DNA of 64,000 nt from Ginglymostoma cirratum (lineage: Eukaryota), in NCBI GenBank assembly GCA_024137785.1, contig JAHRHZ010000133.1, positions 22,378,792-22,442,791 of the forward strand, in the 5' to 3' direction. The notes under the pieces are model-generated. The model did no database searches. It was not told the DNA's origin and saw only the letters and a list, made by a program, of their open reading frames with translations. The number at the start of each line of letters is the position of its first letter. Position 1 is the first letter of the stretch. The position numbers and the translations under genes were made by a program. Shown here one piece after another: positions 25,890 to 39,305 of the stretch.

Positions 25890-26402
25890 TGTCACTCCTG
25901 GTCTCCAGCATTGCCCCTGGTTTCTATTGTTACTCCACGTCTCCAGTATCATGCCTGGTCTCAAGTGCTACCTTGGTATCTAGCATTACCCCTGGCCTCC
26001 ATTGTAGCCCCTGGGTCTTCAACATTATTCTTGGTCTCTAGTGGTTTTATTTTATTATCTTAAGAGACGTGGGCATCAAATGGCAGGACCAACATTTATT
26101 GTCCATCCTGAGTTGCCCCTGAGAAGGTGGTGGTGAGCTGCTTTCTTGTACCACTGTAGTCCATGTGCTGTAAGTTGACTCACGCAGTGACAGTGATATT
26201 TTTCTAAGTCACAATGGTGAGCGGCTTGCAGGGGGAGTTTGCAGATGGTAGTGTTCCCATGTATCTGCTGCCCCAATGTATTTCCTCAGTCTCCAGTGTT
26301 GTCCCTAGTCTCTAGCATTGCTTCTGGCCTCCACTGAGCCCCTAGTCTACAGTATTGCCCCTCATCTGCAACATTAAGTCTGGTTTCTAGCATTGCCTCT
26401 GA
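25890..26402 (+). repeat. Degenerate 19-bp minisatellite (consensus ~ctggtctccagcattgccc) interrupted by a LINE 3' fragment (~26045-26275)
   Basis: The ggt register falls at 25900, 25919, 25938, 25957, 25975 and 25994. The array resumes at ~26280. Confidence 0.8.
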
Positions 26403-28374
26403 TCATTAACCAGTCATCTGTAGCAATTCTTGTGGTGTACCTCTTCATTGACACAAATTGCTCGATGATTTACACTTTAATAACAGCCTGGTTTTTACAC
26501 TCAATATTATTTTGGCAGCAAATGCTATTTCAATCATATCCTTGAGAGAGCACTTTCCACTTTGCTAGTGTGGCTTTTTTCTTTTTATTGTGCAAGCAAA
26601 TGCAATTAGTGACAAATTAATGCTCAGTTTGTGCTTTAGGCACATACTCATTACAAAAAGCACCGAATTGACATGAACTCATTCCAATACAGGAATCTGT
26701 CAATCAGTGAGCAAACTAAGTTTGATCCTTTCAATGCTTGCAGCGTATTTTCTGTAAAACGTTTCTCACAATGATACCCCCAACCAAATAATAAGAAAAA
26801 CCCACAATGAACAATGATAATGAGGGGATGTTAATTAATGGCATTTCCATAGGAAATGGGGACTGAATCTTCCAGCTCCCTCTGTTTAATCTTCCTTTGA
26901 TTTAATTCAGACTAAACAGGAAGACAGTTCTCCCACCAACACCTTACATTTCAATGCTTTGTGTGCATAGACAGGCTCACAGTACAGGCACAACACAGGC
27001 ACCTTATCGTGGCTACCATCAAGAGGGTGGACCTGTTGATTTATGGCACTGTGCTACATCAATGTTACACCTACAGCACGTGCTTTCAAGGCAAACACAC
27101 AGCTTCAAACAAATGACCGTGTCTCAACATCTAAGGGGAGGAGTCCTTGGCCAAGGCAACAGGGAATGTTGTTTGTCAGAAATGCTTCCAAAGTCAATGA
27201 AGGGCAGCAACAGATCTCAGACCAGGGGCTTTGATGTAGTCCTTCAGCCACATGAGGCAGGAAGCATTAGAAGTTACGTACCACTGTAATCTCAGAAGTG
27301 GTCTACGACCAGTCCTACAGTTGCAGTGTAATGAGAGAATTAGTGTGAAGTCAGTCAGAGGTCTGGTCACTCATCAGTTAGGGGTGTCCTTCTAAGTAGA
27401 TCAGAGGGTAGGCCACAGCCATGAGGGTTGTCCACTCACTGAAAACGTAGGAGCTAATATACTATTATATAAAATGCTGCCTTTCCTGGATGATCTGGTG
27501 ATTTGGGGGATGGATTGAATTTGTACAGCATGGTTATGTGGTGCATACATGGGAATAAGGTTCACTAGCTCCAGGTAGAGGCATTCCATAGCCCTCCTTA
27601 TCACAGTCCTCCATGTCGCACTTATTGAGGGTCATATTAATTGCTTATGTATATGTGATGTGAAATACTGATTGCTCCCATGACTTAGGACCAATGAATT
27701 TGGTGAAGCAATCATTGATGGACTGCAATTTTGTTGTTGCTCAAAAGACAAGTAGCTCTTGTTCATTTTCAGTTTTTGATGTTGTTAATAAAAGTTAATA
27801 TTCTCAAGTGAAGTGATGTTTCCACGTTAAACAACGGCTAGATGAAAAGCTACACTGGGCATTGGGGAAGAGTAGCAGTCCCTTAGCACCATATCAATTT
27901 AGAGCCCTGTCGAAGAACAGATTGCTTGTGTAGTGTGATTTTAAGTTACAGTTGATGATGTAAGGATGCAATACACTGAGGTCACTGTGAGAACTACTCC
28001 ATGAAACTCCCAAAATTTACACTGAGCTGACTTTTGGTAAAATTCAGCTGTGGACTTCAGACTGCTTCCCAAACCAGTTAGTATATCTTTGTATCACATA
28101 GCCTAAACTGAAGCTATTTTGAATCCAGGCGATGCAATTAGTGTAGATAGAAGTTTAAAATTACAGAGAAACATGAACAGATTCTCAAGGAGGATAAACT
28201 GTGGCGGAATAAGTTGCATGCCAGAAATGGCAAGATAAACAAGTTTGGACCCAAAAGAAGATCAGAGTATTTTCCAAATAGTGACAAAAAAGAAACAATG
28301 GTTTTTCAATGACATCTGGGGGTCCATGTACATAAATCATTAACATTGTCATATTACTGTGGCCATGACACCGG

Positions 28375-29350
28375 TGTCAGAGGCTAGGGATCCTGCCGTG
28401 AGTAACTCACCTCTGACTCCCCACAGCCTGCCCACCATCTACAAGGCACAAGTCAGGAGTATGATGGAATACTCCCCACTTGCCTAAATAAGTGCAGCTC
28501 CAACAACTCTCAAGAAGTTTGACACCATCCAGGAAAAAGCAGTCTATTTGCTTGGCATCCACTACTTTCAATATTCTCTTCCTTCACCACCGCCTCAGAG
28601 TGGCAAGCAATGCGGAACATGTATCAGATGCATTACAGAAACTTACTATATCCCTTCTGATTGTGCCATCCAAATCCATATGCAGTACCAGGTAAAGAGC
28701 AACAAGATGCATGGCAGGAACTTACCAAAGATCTTTAAGCAGCATGTTTCAAACCCATGATTCAGCATGGTAATACCATTGAATGTCATGGGTTTTTTTT
28801 GTTGGAGATAGTTACTGGCTGGTACTTGTGTTGGAACAAATATCACTTTTCACTATTCAGTCCAGGTCATATGGACATTTACCGCTTCTGTACCTGAGGA
28901 GTCATGAATAGTGCTGAACAATGTGCAGACATCAGTGAACATCCCCACTTTTAACCTAATGAAGGAAAGAAGGTCATTGATGAAACATCTGTAAATGGTT
29001 GGATTTAGGATACTGCCTTGAGGAACTCCTGCAGAAAAGTCCTGGTGCTGAGATTATGAACCTCCAATGACCACAAGCAACTTTCTTTGTGCTAAGTATA
29101 ACTCCAAACAATGGAGAACATTCCCCAGATTCTCATTGACTCCTGTTTTGCTAGGGCCCCTTGATGCCACACTTGGTCAAATGATGCCTTGATGTCAAGG
29201 GCAGTCATTCTCACCTCCATGAACCTAGACTGTAATGACATCAGGAACAGAATGCCTCTGGCAGAAACTTAACTAAGTAGTAGTGAGCAAATTATTCCTG
29301 TGTGAGTGGCACTCGATAGCACTGTTGGTTTCATTAAAAGCAACTGATCG
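28375..29350. mobile_element. LINE fragments in opposite orientations (L2/Crack/Daphne-like)
   Basis: + strand 28435-28490 encodes IYKAQVRSMMEYSPLA (region C-terminal to RT). ~28760-29350 resembles the more 5' part of the element on the - strand. Confidence 0.65.
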
Positions 29351-30221
29351 ATGAAAATTTTTGAGACTACACCACACAGGTATAATTTCCAGCTTAAATA
29401 GTTCAAGCTTTGGCACAAATATAATATAAACCAATAGCATGGAAGTGTGAGCAAAGAGGAATATTAGATTTTGGGAAACTTGGCCCAAATCACATGTGGT
29501 AGATTTTGTGGTTCCTGCTTAAAGTAACTATATCAACAGTCACAGGTCTATGGCAAGTCAGAGTATACAAATATATTTCTCCAAACAATCCATATGTTGT
29601 TGAATTATGGAAATGTACTCATTTATTGGAAAAATACAGAGTCTTAACATATTCATATTTTCACAATGACAATATTTAAGGTCAAATGAAAAGATTTGAA
29701 ATAGAAAGACTGTAATTGGAACTGCTTGAAACCATTTATATATTCAGTGGATTGAAATTTTGAAGAGATTTGCTTTCAGTTTCAAAAGCTTTGGTATGCT
29801 TTGGACACTATTCCTCTAAATATTGTATAAGGAAGTTCTACTTACCCTCTAACTTTGCTTTTAATTCTTACTCCCAGATTTTCATTACTTTCCGCTGACT
29901 GAAAGCCTCCAATCACTCAACATCTTTATCTATTAAGTGCCCAAGCTTCATCCATCATATTCACACCTACATCTAACAAAGGATTCCTAGATTTATGTAG
30001 GGGTAGGGGAAATCAGCCATGGTTTTCCTATTCTGGCTGCTCACTATTTCCAGCAGTCAGACCACGTTTAGGTTCAGGTATGACACAGCTCAGTCAACTG
30101 GAATGGCCACAATTGATGCTGAGAAAGGAATAATGTCCTCTGGGGTGAGCCACTTGGGGGCAATCGTGAAATAATGTCTTTGAGGGAAGGAATGGAAGAA
30201 AACTGGCAGAGAAAATATTGC

Positions 30222-30415
30222 AAATCAGAAACAAAAACAGAAATTGCTGGGAAAGCTCAGCAGGTCTGGCAGCATTTGCAGAGAGAAATCAGAGTTAACA
30301 TTTTGAGTTGAGTGACCCTTTCTCAGAACTCACAGATCTGCCAGACCTGCTGAGCCTTCCCAGCAATTTCTGTTTTTGTTTCTGATTTACAGCATCCACA
30401 GTTCTTTTGGTATTT
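30222..30415. mobile_element. Penelope-like inverted unit, family B
   Basis: ~50-bp near-perfect inverted arms: aaatcagaaacaaaaacagaaattgctgggaaagctcagcaggtctggcag / ctgccagacctgctgagccttcccagcaatttctgtttttgtttctgattt. Confidence 0.8.
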
Positions 30416-31357
30416 ATTTTGCAAAACAGAGACAATTTACATTAAACTTTCATGATGATCCAAGCTGCTGTTTCTATTAATTTCATCTTTAGACAATGGG
30501 AGGAAAATCAAAAACCAAAACAAACTGAACTGCCTTCTTAAAATGTTTTTGTCACAAATCCAGATCATTTATAGTTGCTATTTAAAAGACTGGAGTCTTA
30601 AGAGTCCTTTCTCTTCATGATCCCACAGTCTGGATACAGTTCTCATAGCTCTAAATGAGGCTAGCACATCAAAGTCTACAGCAAGATACCAGAAAGGGTT
30701 AAATTACCATAAATTCTGTGCTTAAAATGAATCAATGTTTACAAAGGTGATAGATTGTCTCTTTGGTTCTAGTCATTATGCCTCACTGGGTAACACACTG
30801 GAAATCAAGCCTCGCTAGTCCCAGGGTTGGCACAAACATTAAAGATATTATAATAAGTACAGAATATTTCCCAACATACCTGCCTTTTGGACTCAGCTTG
30901 ACAGAAAGCACAGACCAAGTTTTAGTGTATAACAAGAATTACTGTTTATTACAAATAAAAACATTCTTGCTACAGATCCACAAATATGAACTGTTGACAT
31001 ATAACTCTAGTAGTTAAAGATCCAACCCCTCCCCTTATAAACTCCTCCTATAAACACATAGACAGCAAAAAATAACATGGGTTTGATGGACACAGGGAAA
31101 GACTGGGAAGGCAGTTCAATAATTCCTGTTCACAGGATTTGCTAAGAGGTTCATTTGTCAGGACATGTTGCTTATTGATTCCCCTTCATAAGATAATTTC
31201 TCCTGCTTGTAGAAGGTACGGGGTGGCTGATTCAAATTTATAAAATCTCTGGCTTACTGGTTAAGAGCCATGGCTTACAGCAACTGCCAAGGGAGAAGAA
31301 AAGAATCTGGCTTTCTTTAGGCTTAAGGTTTTGCAGAGGAGAGAGATATCTCCTACC

Positions 31358-32640
31358 TGAAGGAACTGAAAGACATCAGTATTAGTAGGGTAATAGTTTT
31401 GGGACATTGATGGGATTAAAGGCCAATAAATAAGTCCCCAGGTCCTGATAATCTATGTACCAGAGGACTTAAGTTGGTGGCTTTAGAAATAGAAATAATG
31501 GATGCATGTGTGGTCATCTTTCAAGATTCTATAGACTCTATAGGTTCCTATGCATTAGAGGGTAGCTAATGTAACCCCACATGTAAAAAAAAGTAGAGAG
31601 AACACAGATTTATGGACTGATTAGGCAGACATCAGTATATAGGAAAAATGCTAGAATCCATTATAAAGATTTAATAGCAGAACACTTAGAAATCAGCGAC
31701 AGGATCAGACAGAGTCACAATGGATTTAGGAAAAAGAAATCATGCTTGACAAATCTAATGGAAACTTTCAAGGATGTAACTAGTAGAGTTGACAAGGGAG
31801 AGCCAGTGGGTATGGTTTTCTTGGACTTTCAGAAGGCTTTCAATAAGGTTCCACATGAGAAATTAGCATATAAAACTTAAGATGATGTGATTGGGGGTGG
31901 TGTATGAAAGTGGATAGAAAACAGTTGTCAGACAGGGAACAAAGAGTAGGAATAAACAGGCCTTTTTCTGAGTCACAGCTCAGTGACTAGTGGGATACTG
32001 CAGGGACCCCAGCTATTCACAACATATATTAATGATTTCGATGAGGGAACTAAATGTAATATCTCCAAGTTTGCAGACAACACGAAGCTCTAGGAGGACA
32101 AGTTGTGAGGAGGATGTGGAGGTGCTTCAATGTAATTGGGACAAGTTGAGTGAGTGAGCAAATGCATGGCAAATGAAGTAAAATATGATATATGCGAGAT
32201 TATCCACTTTGGTAACAAAAATAGGAAGGCAGGTTAATAGCTGAATAGTGATAGATTGGATAAGGGGGAGTTGCATAAAGACATGGCTATCCTTGTAAAC
32301 CAATCGGCTTATCTTGCTACAACTATACAGGGCCTTGATGAGATCATACCAGGAGTACCGTGTGCAGCTTGAATGGGGCTGGGTGGGGGGGGGTGTTGGG
32401 GAAATCTTATAAAATTCTAACAAGGGTAGACAGGATAAATGCAGGATGTTCCCAATAATCAGGGAATCCAGAACCAGGGGTCACAGTTTAAGGATATGCC
32501 ATTTAGAACTGAGATGAGGAGAAATTTCTTCACCTAGAGAGTGGAAGACTGGAATTCTCGGTCACATAAAAGTGGCTGAGGCTAAAACATTGAATGTTTT
32601 CAAGGAGTTTCATATGGTTTGAAAGGTTAAATAGAACATA
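31358..32640 (+). mobile_element. CR1 LINE (RT region, internally deleted) nested in the Gypsy 3' LTR
   Basis: agtccccaggtcctgat, tcatgcttgacaaatcta, ttggactttcagaaggctttc and tttgcagacaacacgaag correspond to SPGPD / SCLTNL / LDFQKAF / FADxTK. LTR homology resumes at ~32680. Confidence 0.9.
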
Positions 32641-33039
32641 GGAAGAGGAGTAGGCTATGTTTCTCGTGGTGTTCTGGTGCTTCTCTTGAACATTCACACC
32701 CTCAAGCTGTTCAACTACCTGGGATACAATCACATAATTGTTGGAAGGCAAAAGTCCTTTGCTATTGATGGCTAGTCACCAGTCCACAGATCAATCAGCT
32801 ACTTGTTGTCAGCCAAATCTTCATCCATACATACCCCTAGCTCTAGCCTATCTGTAATCGGCTGTGTAAACTTCACTTACAATGAGTATCAGGTCTCTTG
32901 CTTTGGGAAAGTGCAGCAATCCTTCAACTATTCTTGTTTTCTTTTGTTTTTAGAAAAGTTATTTTATTTTCCCATTTCAGTCCGCAATCAAAAATACAGA
33001 ACAATAGTAAAATACAGTTTATACATGAAAAAAAGACCC

Positions 33040-33240
33040 CAAAGAACTACGGATGCTGGAAATCAAAACCAATATTAGAAATTGCTGGAAAAACTCAGCA
33101 GGTCAGGCAGCATCAATGGAGATAAACCAGAGGTATTGTTGTGGGTCCAGTGACCCTTCTTCAGGAATCAAAATATTAACCGATTTCTCTCCACAGATGC
33201 TGCCTGACCTGCTGAGTTTTTCCAATTTCTGATTTTATTA
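33040..33240. mobile_element. Penelope-like inverted unit, family B, at the LTR/PPT junction
   Basis: Arms ggaaaaactcagcaggtcaggcagcatc / gatgctgcctgacctgctgagtttttcc. Minus-strand CTGAAGA-aGGGTCactgGACCC. Confidence 0.8.
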
Positions 33241-34449
33241 TGGTTTTTACATGCCTTTGTCCTTAAAGCAGAGAACCACAATTTCAGAAATGTGTTTCGT
33301 TACAAAATATTTGATACACAAACAACAAAATTTACATCCATTCATTCATGCTCCCTTTTAAAGAACCTTATACAATTTTGGTGTTTCTTTAACCTTTAAG
33401 TTATTCCCATGTTTCACAATCAGAGCAATGCATCTGCAATTACATTCTCTTTTTCAGCAATGTGAATTGTATTTCCATTAAATGGTTGCATCAAAAGACT
33501 CCATCTAATTAGTGTTGCATTCCAAGTGTTAAAATTTTCAATGAAGGTTGGTATATTATGATCAGTGCAAATTAGTATTTCCTTGCTACTGTGTCAGACA
33601 TAGACTTTAAAATGTTGAAGAGCTAACAATAATCCCAATGTCCATTTTTCTATGGTAGATTCTTATACTGGTTTAGTTTATTAGAGAAATACCTCACTGA
33701 TTTCTCCATTCCCAACACATCATCCTATAACAAGGCTGTACCTGCCCCCATGTGACCAGCATGAATCACCATTTTAAAAGATCTGGAAAAAAAATCAGGG
33801 CAGCCAACAGTGGTACAGTTATTAAAACTGACTTCAGCTTCTCAAAGGCTGCTTGGCGTTCTACTGATCTCCCACTTTTGCTTGCTTTGTTAATAGGATT
33901 ACTAAAGGTACAGCTACACTGCTGAAATTATGCACAAATTTCAGGTCAAATCCACACATTCCCAAATATCTCATGAATTCTTGATCAGTTTTAGGAACAT
34001 GGAATTCTATTAGAGCTTTTGCTTTTGCTGTCCATGGCATCACTTGCCCTTGCCCTACAATATGCATAGGTAAGTAATTCCTGCTTTTACAAATTCAGTT
34101 TTGGTTAAATTTATTCTCAGCCAACTGCAATTGTATAAACAGGTCATCTAGTTGTCTCACTTGCTGTTTCCAAGTGTCGCTTTATATCACAACATCATCT
34201 AAATAAATTACACAGTTACAAATCTTAGGTACCACCTGACTCTTAAGCCATCGGAACGATGCTGCTGTGTACTTGCTCCTAAACAGCATGACTGGACATT
34301 GATATAACCCATTTGATGTAACAAGCAGGTATTTCTTTAGCCCTTGATGTTAAAGGCACTTGCCAGCGTCCCTTCAACTGATCAGTCTTAGAAAGGAATG
34401 AAGCACTTCCAACCCAATCAATGCAATCTTCTAACATGGGGAATTAAAC

Positions 34450-35220
34450 ACAAGTGGTAGGAGCAGGAATAGGCAATTCAGCTCTTTGAGCCCTTTGTGC
34501 CATCTAATAAGGTGATAGCCGATCTCATCTCGGCCTGAAAGCCACTTTCCTGTCTATACTCCACAACCCTTCAACTCATAACTAATTAAAAATCGGCTTC
34601 CTCCTCAAATTTATTTATTGTCTTAGCATCCAACACATTCTGGAGCAGTGAATTCCACAGATTCATGACCCTTTGAGAGAAGTAATTCCTCATCTGTTTT
34701 AAATCTGCCATCCCTTAACCTAAAACTATGACCTGTCATTCTAGATTGACCTGCAAGAGGAAACATCAGGTCTAAGTCTACTTTGTCAATCCCCTTTAGC
34801 ATCTTGTATACCTCAATTTGATCTCCCCTCATTCTTCTAAACTTGAGAGACTACTGGCCTAAACTTCTCAATCTCTCTTCGTAAAACAAGCCTCTCTGTA
34901 ATTAGCCTAGCAAACCCTCTCTGAATTGCTTCCAATGAAATTACATCCTCAAGTAATTGGACCAAAACTTTATGCACTACTCCAGATGCGGGCTCACCAA
35001 TGTCTTGCCCAATTGCAACATTTCCCTATTTTTATACAACACTCCTTTAGTAATAAACACCAAAATTCCATTTGCCCACCATACCTGCATACTAGTTTTC
35101 TGTGATTCATGCATGAGGACACCCAGATCCCAGTTTAGGCCCTGGGACTTGCCTGCCTTTAATTCCAATAGTTTGGTCAGTACTTTTCCCCTGAGTGATG
35201 ATGATTGTTTAAGTTCCGCG
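34450..35220 (-). mobile_element. CR1 LINE fragment nested within the Gypsy RT
   Basis: ORFs RGDQIEVYKMLKGID..TGHSFRL and DLGVLMHESQK..KTLVSPHLE. Gypsy RT sequence continues on both sides. Confidence 0.88.
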
Positions 35221-38200
35221 ACATGAACTGGTGCAAATCTGCCTTTGTGATTGAGATTTACCTTTCTATAATCTATACAGAGTCTAGTCGATTCTTCTAA
35301 TTTAGGAACTAACACTATGAGCGGACTTCAGCTGCTTTGATTAGGTTCAATCAAATGGTTTTCCAACATCTATTGAATGTCCCTCTCTGCCTAAACTTGA
35401 ATCCTGGAGTTAACAGAAAAGGATACTGTTTTATTGGCCCTAACTCCTCTAAGTCCACATTACGCACAATGTTTTCTAGGCATCAAGGTGTATTTCTACA
35501 GTTTATCTTGTACTTTTTCAACAGTCTTACAGGGTTCTCCTGTTGTCCTCCCTCTAAATAGGTGAGCACTGTGTCTAGCTGTCCCAGTATTTCTGTGTTA
35601 ATCAACGTAGGAGAATCACTTTATGAACTGTGTAGCTCTCTTTCCACCTCACTCTTATTTTCTCCATTATCTTCCACTATTGTTATCACCTGATATACTT
35701 GTTCCTCTTTATCCTCTTCCCTACAATGATACTTTTTTTCCCCAAATATGTTTTTATGACATAAATACTGATCATAGAAAAATCAGAAGTAGAAGATCAG
35801 TTACCAGATCAGTAATTCTACTAATCCTCCTGACTACTTTGTACAGGCCATTGAATTTTTTTGAAGGTTTACCTTGGAGAAATGCAACAATATAAAGAGT
35901 CTGTCGCTCACTTTAAACATTCTAGTTGCTGAGTGTTTATCAGTCCATTCTTATGTTTGCTTTTGAAACTTTCAAATGCGCATGCTACCTTACATACTCC
36001 TGAGAGCCTTTCCAGAACCATGGACATGTAATTCAACATTAAGGATTTGTCTTTTTGGTTCAAGATCTTCTCCCTGAACAAGTTTAACTGACCTATAATC
36101 ACATGACTGTAAATCAGCTCAAATAGAGTAAACACAATAGATTCATTTGGGGAATCCAGTATTCATAACAGTATGCCTAATGATGGCCTGGACAGACTGT
36201 TGGTATTTTTTCAAAACGCCCTGTGTTTGTGCACAATACATAACTAACTTCACAATTGTTTTATATTCAAATTGCGAATGATCTCCTAGAAAACTTCAGG
36301 CATAAAGTTGGAACCCTGATTAGACTGTATCTTAATTGGTAGTCCATAATGAGTTAACTTCTCCACTACTATCCTAGCTGTAATTGTTCTTGAAAGAATA
36401 GTTTCTGGGAATTGAATTGTCACATCCATTATTGCAAGGATATATTGATGTCCTGCTTTCACTTTTGGAAACAGTCATACTGTCACAATCTACTGCCACT
36501 TGACTGAATGGTTCTTCAAGAACTGGTACAGATATCAAAGGTGCTGGGTTCGATTACATGTTGATGTTTTACCATGACATGACATGTATGACATATTTAA
36601 CACAACTGGACTATGTATTTATGATATCCTGGCCATATAAAATGCCTGGCTATCAACACCTGCATTTTCTGTATTTCTAGATGTCCTGCAATAGGAATTT
36701 TAGGGGCTACTCAAAATCTCCTTACAATATCTGGGCGGTACCACAATTTGATGAACAACTGTCCTTTTTTTGACTACAGTGTTTCTTCAACAGAACTCTG
36801 TTTTTAATACATCACCACTCTGGAACTCCTTCAGCCTTAGCTTCAGTGCAAACTGTCTTAACTAACTTCAATCTGGATCTGCATCCTGAGCCTCAAATAA
36901 CGAACACACACCAAACAATTCTTTTGAATTATCCTCATTCTCAAGTAAATTTTCAGCAAACCTAACATCTGCCTTTGATACTGTGATGATCTCAGGTGAT
37001 GAACTTTGTTTAGCATTGCTCTTGTCCGTATATACAATGGAAAAATGCCTGGAACCTGTTCTGGCAACAGTGCTGTCTCTTTCACCTCAAATGGATTTTC
37101 TGTGATTATTGGCAAAGCTATAACTTTCACGCCTGCTATTTCATTTCCCAAAAGTAAATCAACTCCATCCACAGAAATTTCTTAATTATCCCAAATGTCA
37201 CTAGTCCAGACACAAATCATACTCCGTTTGAACTTTGTACGATAGAACTGGGATGTACTATCTACTTATCCCATTTATGAACACTGTTTTTCACTGAATT
37301 CTTTGGAGGGAAAACAAAATCCTTCCCCATCAAGAGTTTGAGCAGCCCCTGCATCGCTTAGTATAGTTATAGGCTTCCTTTGAAGATAAAGGTGTTATTG
37401 GCTCTTTTGAAAGAAAGAAAACCTTCATATCTTTCAGTTTACCACGCTGGTTTGCCTCAAAGCTTCCAGCATTTTGAATGAATGTGTTCCACGTAGTTAC
37501 AGAGGAAACACCTCAGCTTCCAATTTTTATCTCCACCCTCAGTAGTTTCGCTTCTGATCTGAGGAGACTTTGGGGAATTTCTAGCTATCCATTCCTTACT
37601 GTCTTCATTTTCACTCTCCCATTTTCCATTCCTTTCAAATGTAAGAAGGCCACACAGAAAAAAAAAAATAGGGTTATGGATTAGCTTATAACAGTGTCTA
37701 GCAGTTGTAACACTTCAATCCTCAACATGGGCCCTTATTATAGAAGATAGTGAATTTTTGAATTCTAATAGTATAACCTCTTTAAGATCTCCATAACAAC
37801 TTTCAGCTTCTAATGCTCCTGTTACAGTTTGTTTGTTTAACCTTTTCAAATTAAATATTGGTTTGCTCTGGCTGTTCCATTAATTCCAGAGCTTTAACCT
37901 CAAGACACCAACTCAAAGGCAGCCAATATAGTCTTTAATTAAACAGTGTCATTATCCTGAGAAATCTCCTCTGATAGTGAAACATGAATTTCCTGTGCTT
38001 TACCTGTCAACTTACTCTGTACCACCAATTCTAATTCTACTGTTCCCATCTCTATTCTTTCCAATACCATTTCACTTTCCTTTCCTGCTCTGTCTTCTTC
38101 TTCTTCCCTTTTTTCATTCTCTCCTCAATGTCCTTTAACAGTAACTCAATCTCATCTGATTTCAATGTTTCATTACTTGGAGTACTTGGTCACTTGTCCT

Positions 38201-38245
38201 TGGTCCTTTAAAAGGAAATGCCATGCCAGTATCTCAATTATCTCT

Positions 38246-38466
38246 AAAACAGAACAAAGGACCATAGATCCTGGAAGTCAAACAGGAATTGCTGCAGATA
38301 TTCATTAGGCCTGGCAGCATCTACAGAGAGAAAGTGCAGTTAATGTTTCATGTCCAGTCACCCTTATTCTGAATAAAGGGTCACTGAATCCGAAACAGTA
38401 ATTCTGCTTCCTCTCCACAGATGCTGCCAGACCTGTTGCATTTCTCCAGCAATTTGTTTTTGTCTT
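38246..38466. mobile_element. Penelope-like inverted unit inserted in Gypsy gag, with 10-bp TSD
   Basis: aattatctct at 38236-38245 and 38467-38476. Two opposed hammerhead-like cores meet at ~38365. Confidence 0.82.
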
Positions 38467-39170
38467 AATTATCTCTGCTTTCCCAGCTTTGCCAGAGAAC
38501 GCTACCTCCTGTTTACCAATCAATTCAATCAACCTGGATGTTGGAATTTTCTAAAACTGCCAGGGACAACTCTACCACGGGTAGGAAATCCTATGTCATT
38601 TCCAGTGCCATGTCTTAAATGTAGTACAGAACTTAGTGTTCTCCTTCACCTGTGTTAGGTACTAACATCGCACACAGATCCTTGATGCCTCAGTTTCAAA
38701 ACAATCCTGGACAAGCACCTGAACTGGGGCAGCATGTGGGAACACAGGCTCTGCTATTCCTGGAGTCATCACAAAAATTAAAGGTTTTTATAAAAAGTAC
38801 ACAAAATCCTCCAATTTACTTGTGCTTTAGATACATTTTGACAGAAGGCACAGACAAGTTTGTGTGCATAACAAAAATAACCATCACAAATAAACAGATT
38901 CTAGCTACAGAGAAACACATATGAACAGTCAACATATTACTCGATTACAGTCAACTATATTAGTTAAATTTCTAACCCTCTTATCAACTCTCCCCTACAA
39001 ACACACACAGACAGGGGGAAAAAAAAGTATTTGATGGGCAGTGGGAAAGACTGGGAAGGCATTTCAATGGTCCCTGTTCACAGGGTTCACCAGAACCTTT
39101 TGGCTTGTCAGAACATACTTGCCCTTGATTGTCCTTCTCGAGATAATTCCAACCGCTTGTAGATGGTAAA

Positions 39171-39305
39171 GAACAAAAGCAAAACCAGTGGAAAAGCTCA
39201 GCAGGTCTAGCAGCATCTGTGAAAATAAAAATCAGAGTTAATGTTTCAGATCCGGTGACCCTTCCTCAGAACTTTTTGCAGCATCTGCAGTTCTTTTTTT
39301 TTTAT
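39171..39305. mobile_element. Penelope-like unit inserted in the Gypsy 5' LTR, with 14-bp TSD
   Basis: ttgtagatggtaaa at 39157-39170 and 39306-39319. The equivalent site in the other LTR (~31207-31225) is empty. Confidence 0.85.

Noticed and set aside
25890-26402. CRISPR-like array
   Set aside because: Head-to-tail degenerate units without unique spacers, in vertebrate DNA. It is a minisatellite.
30222-30390. Long hairpin as pre-miRNA or DNA-transposon MITE
   Set aside because: Multi-copy repeat with variable arm lengths and TSDs. Better explained as inverted Penelope-like termini.
34977-35315. Apparent single RT ORF
   Set aside because: Chimeric reading across the Gypsy RT / CR1 insertion junction, not a gene.
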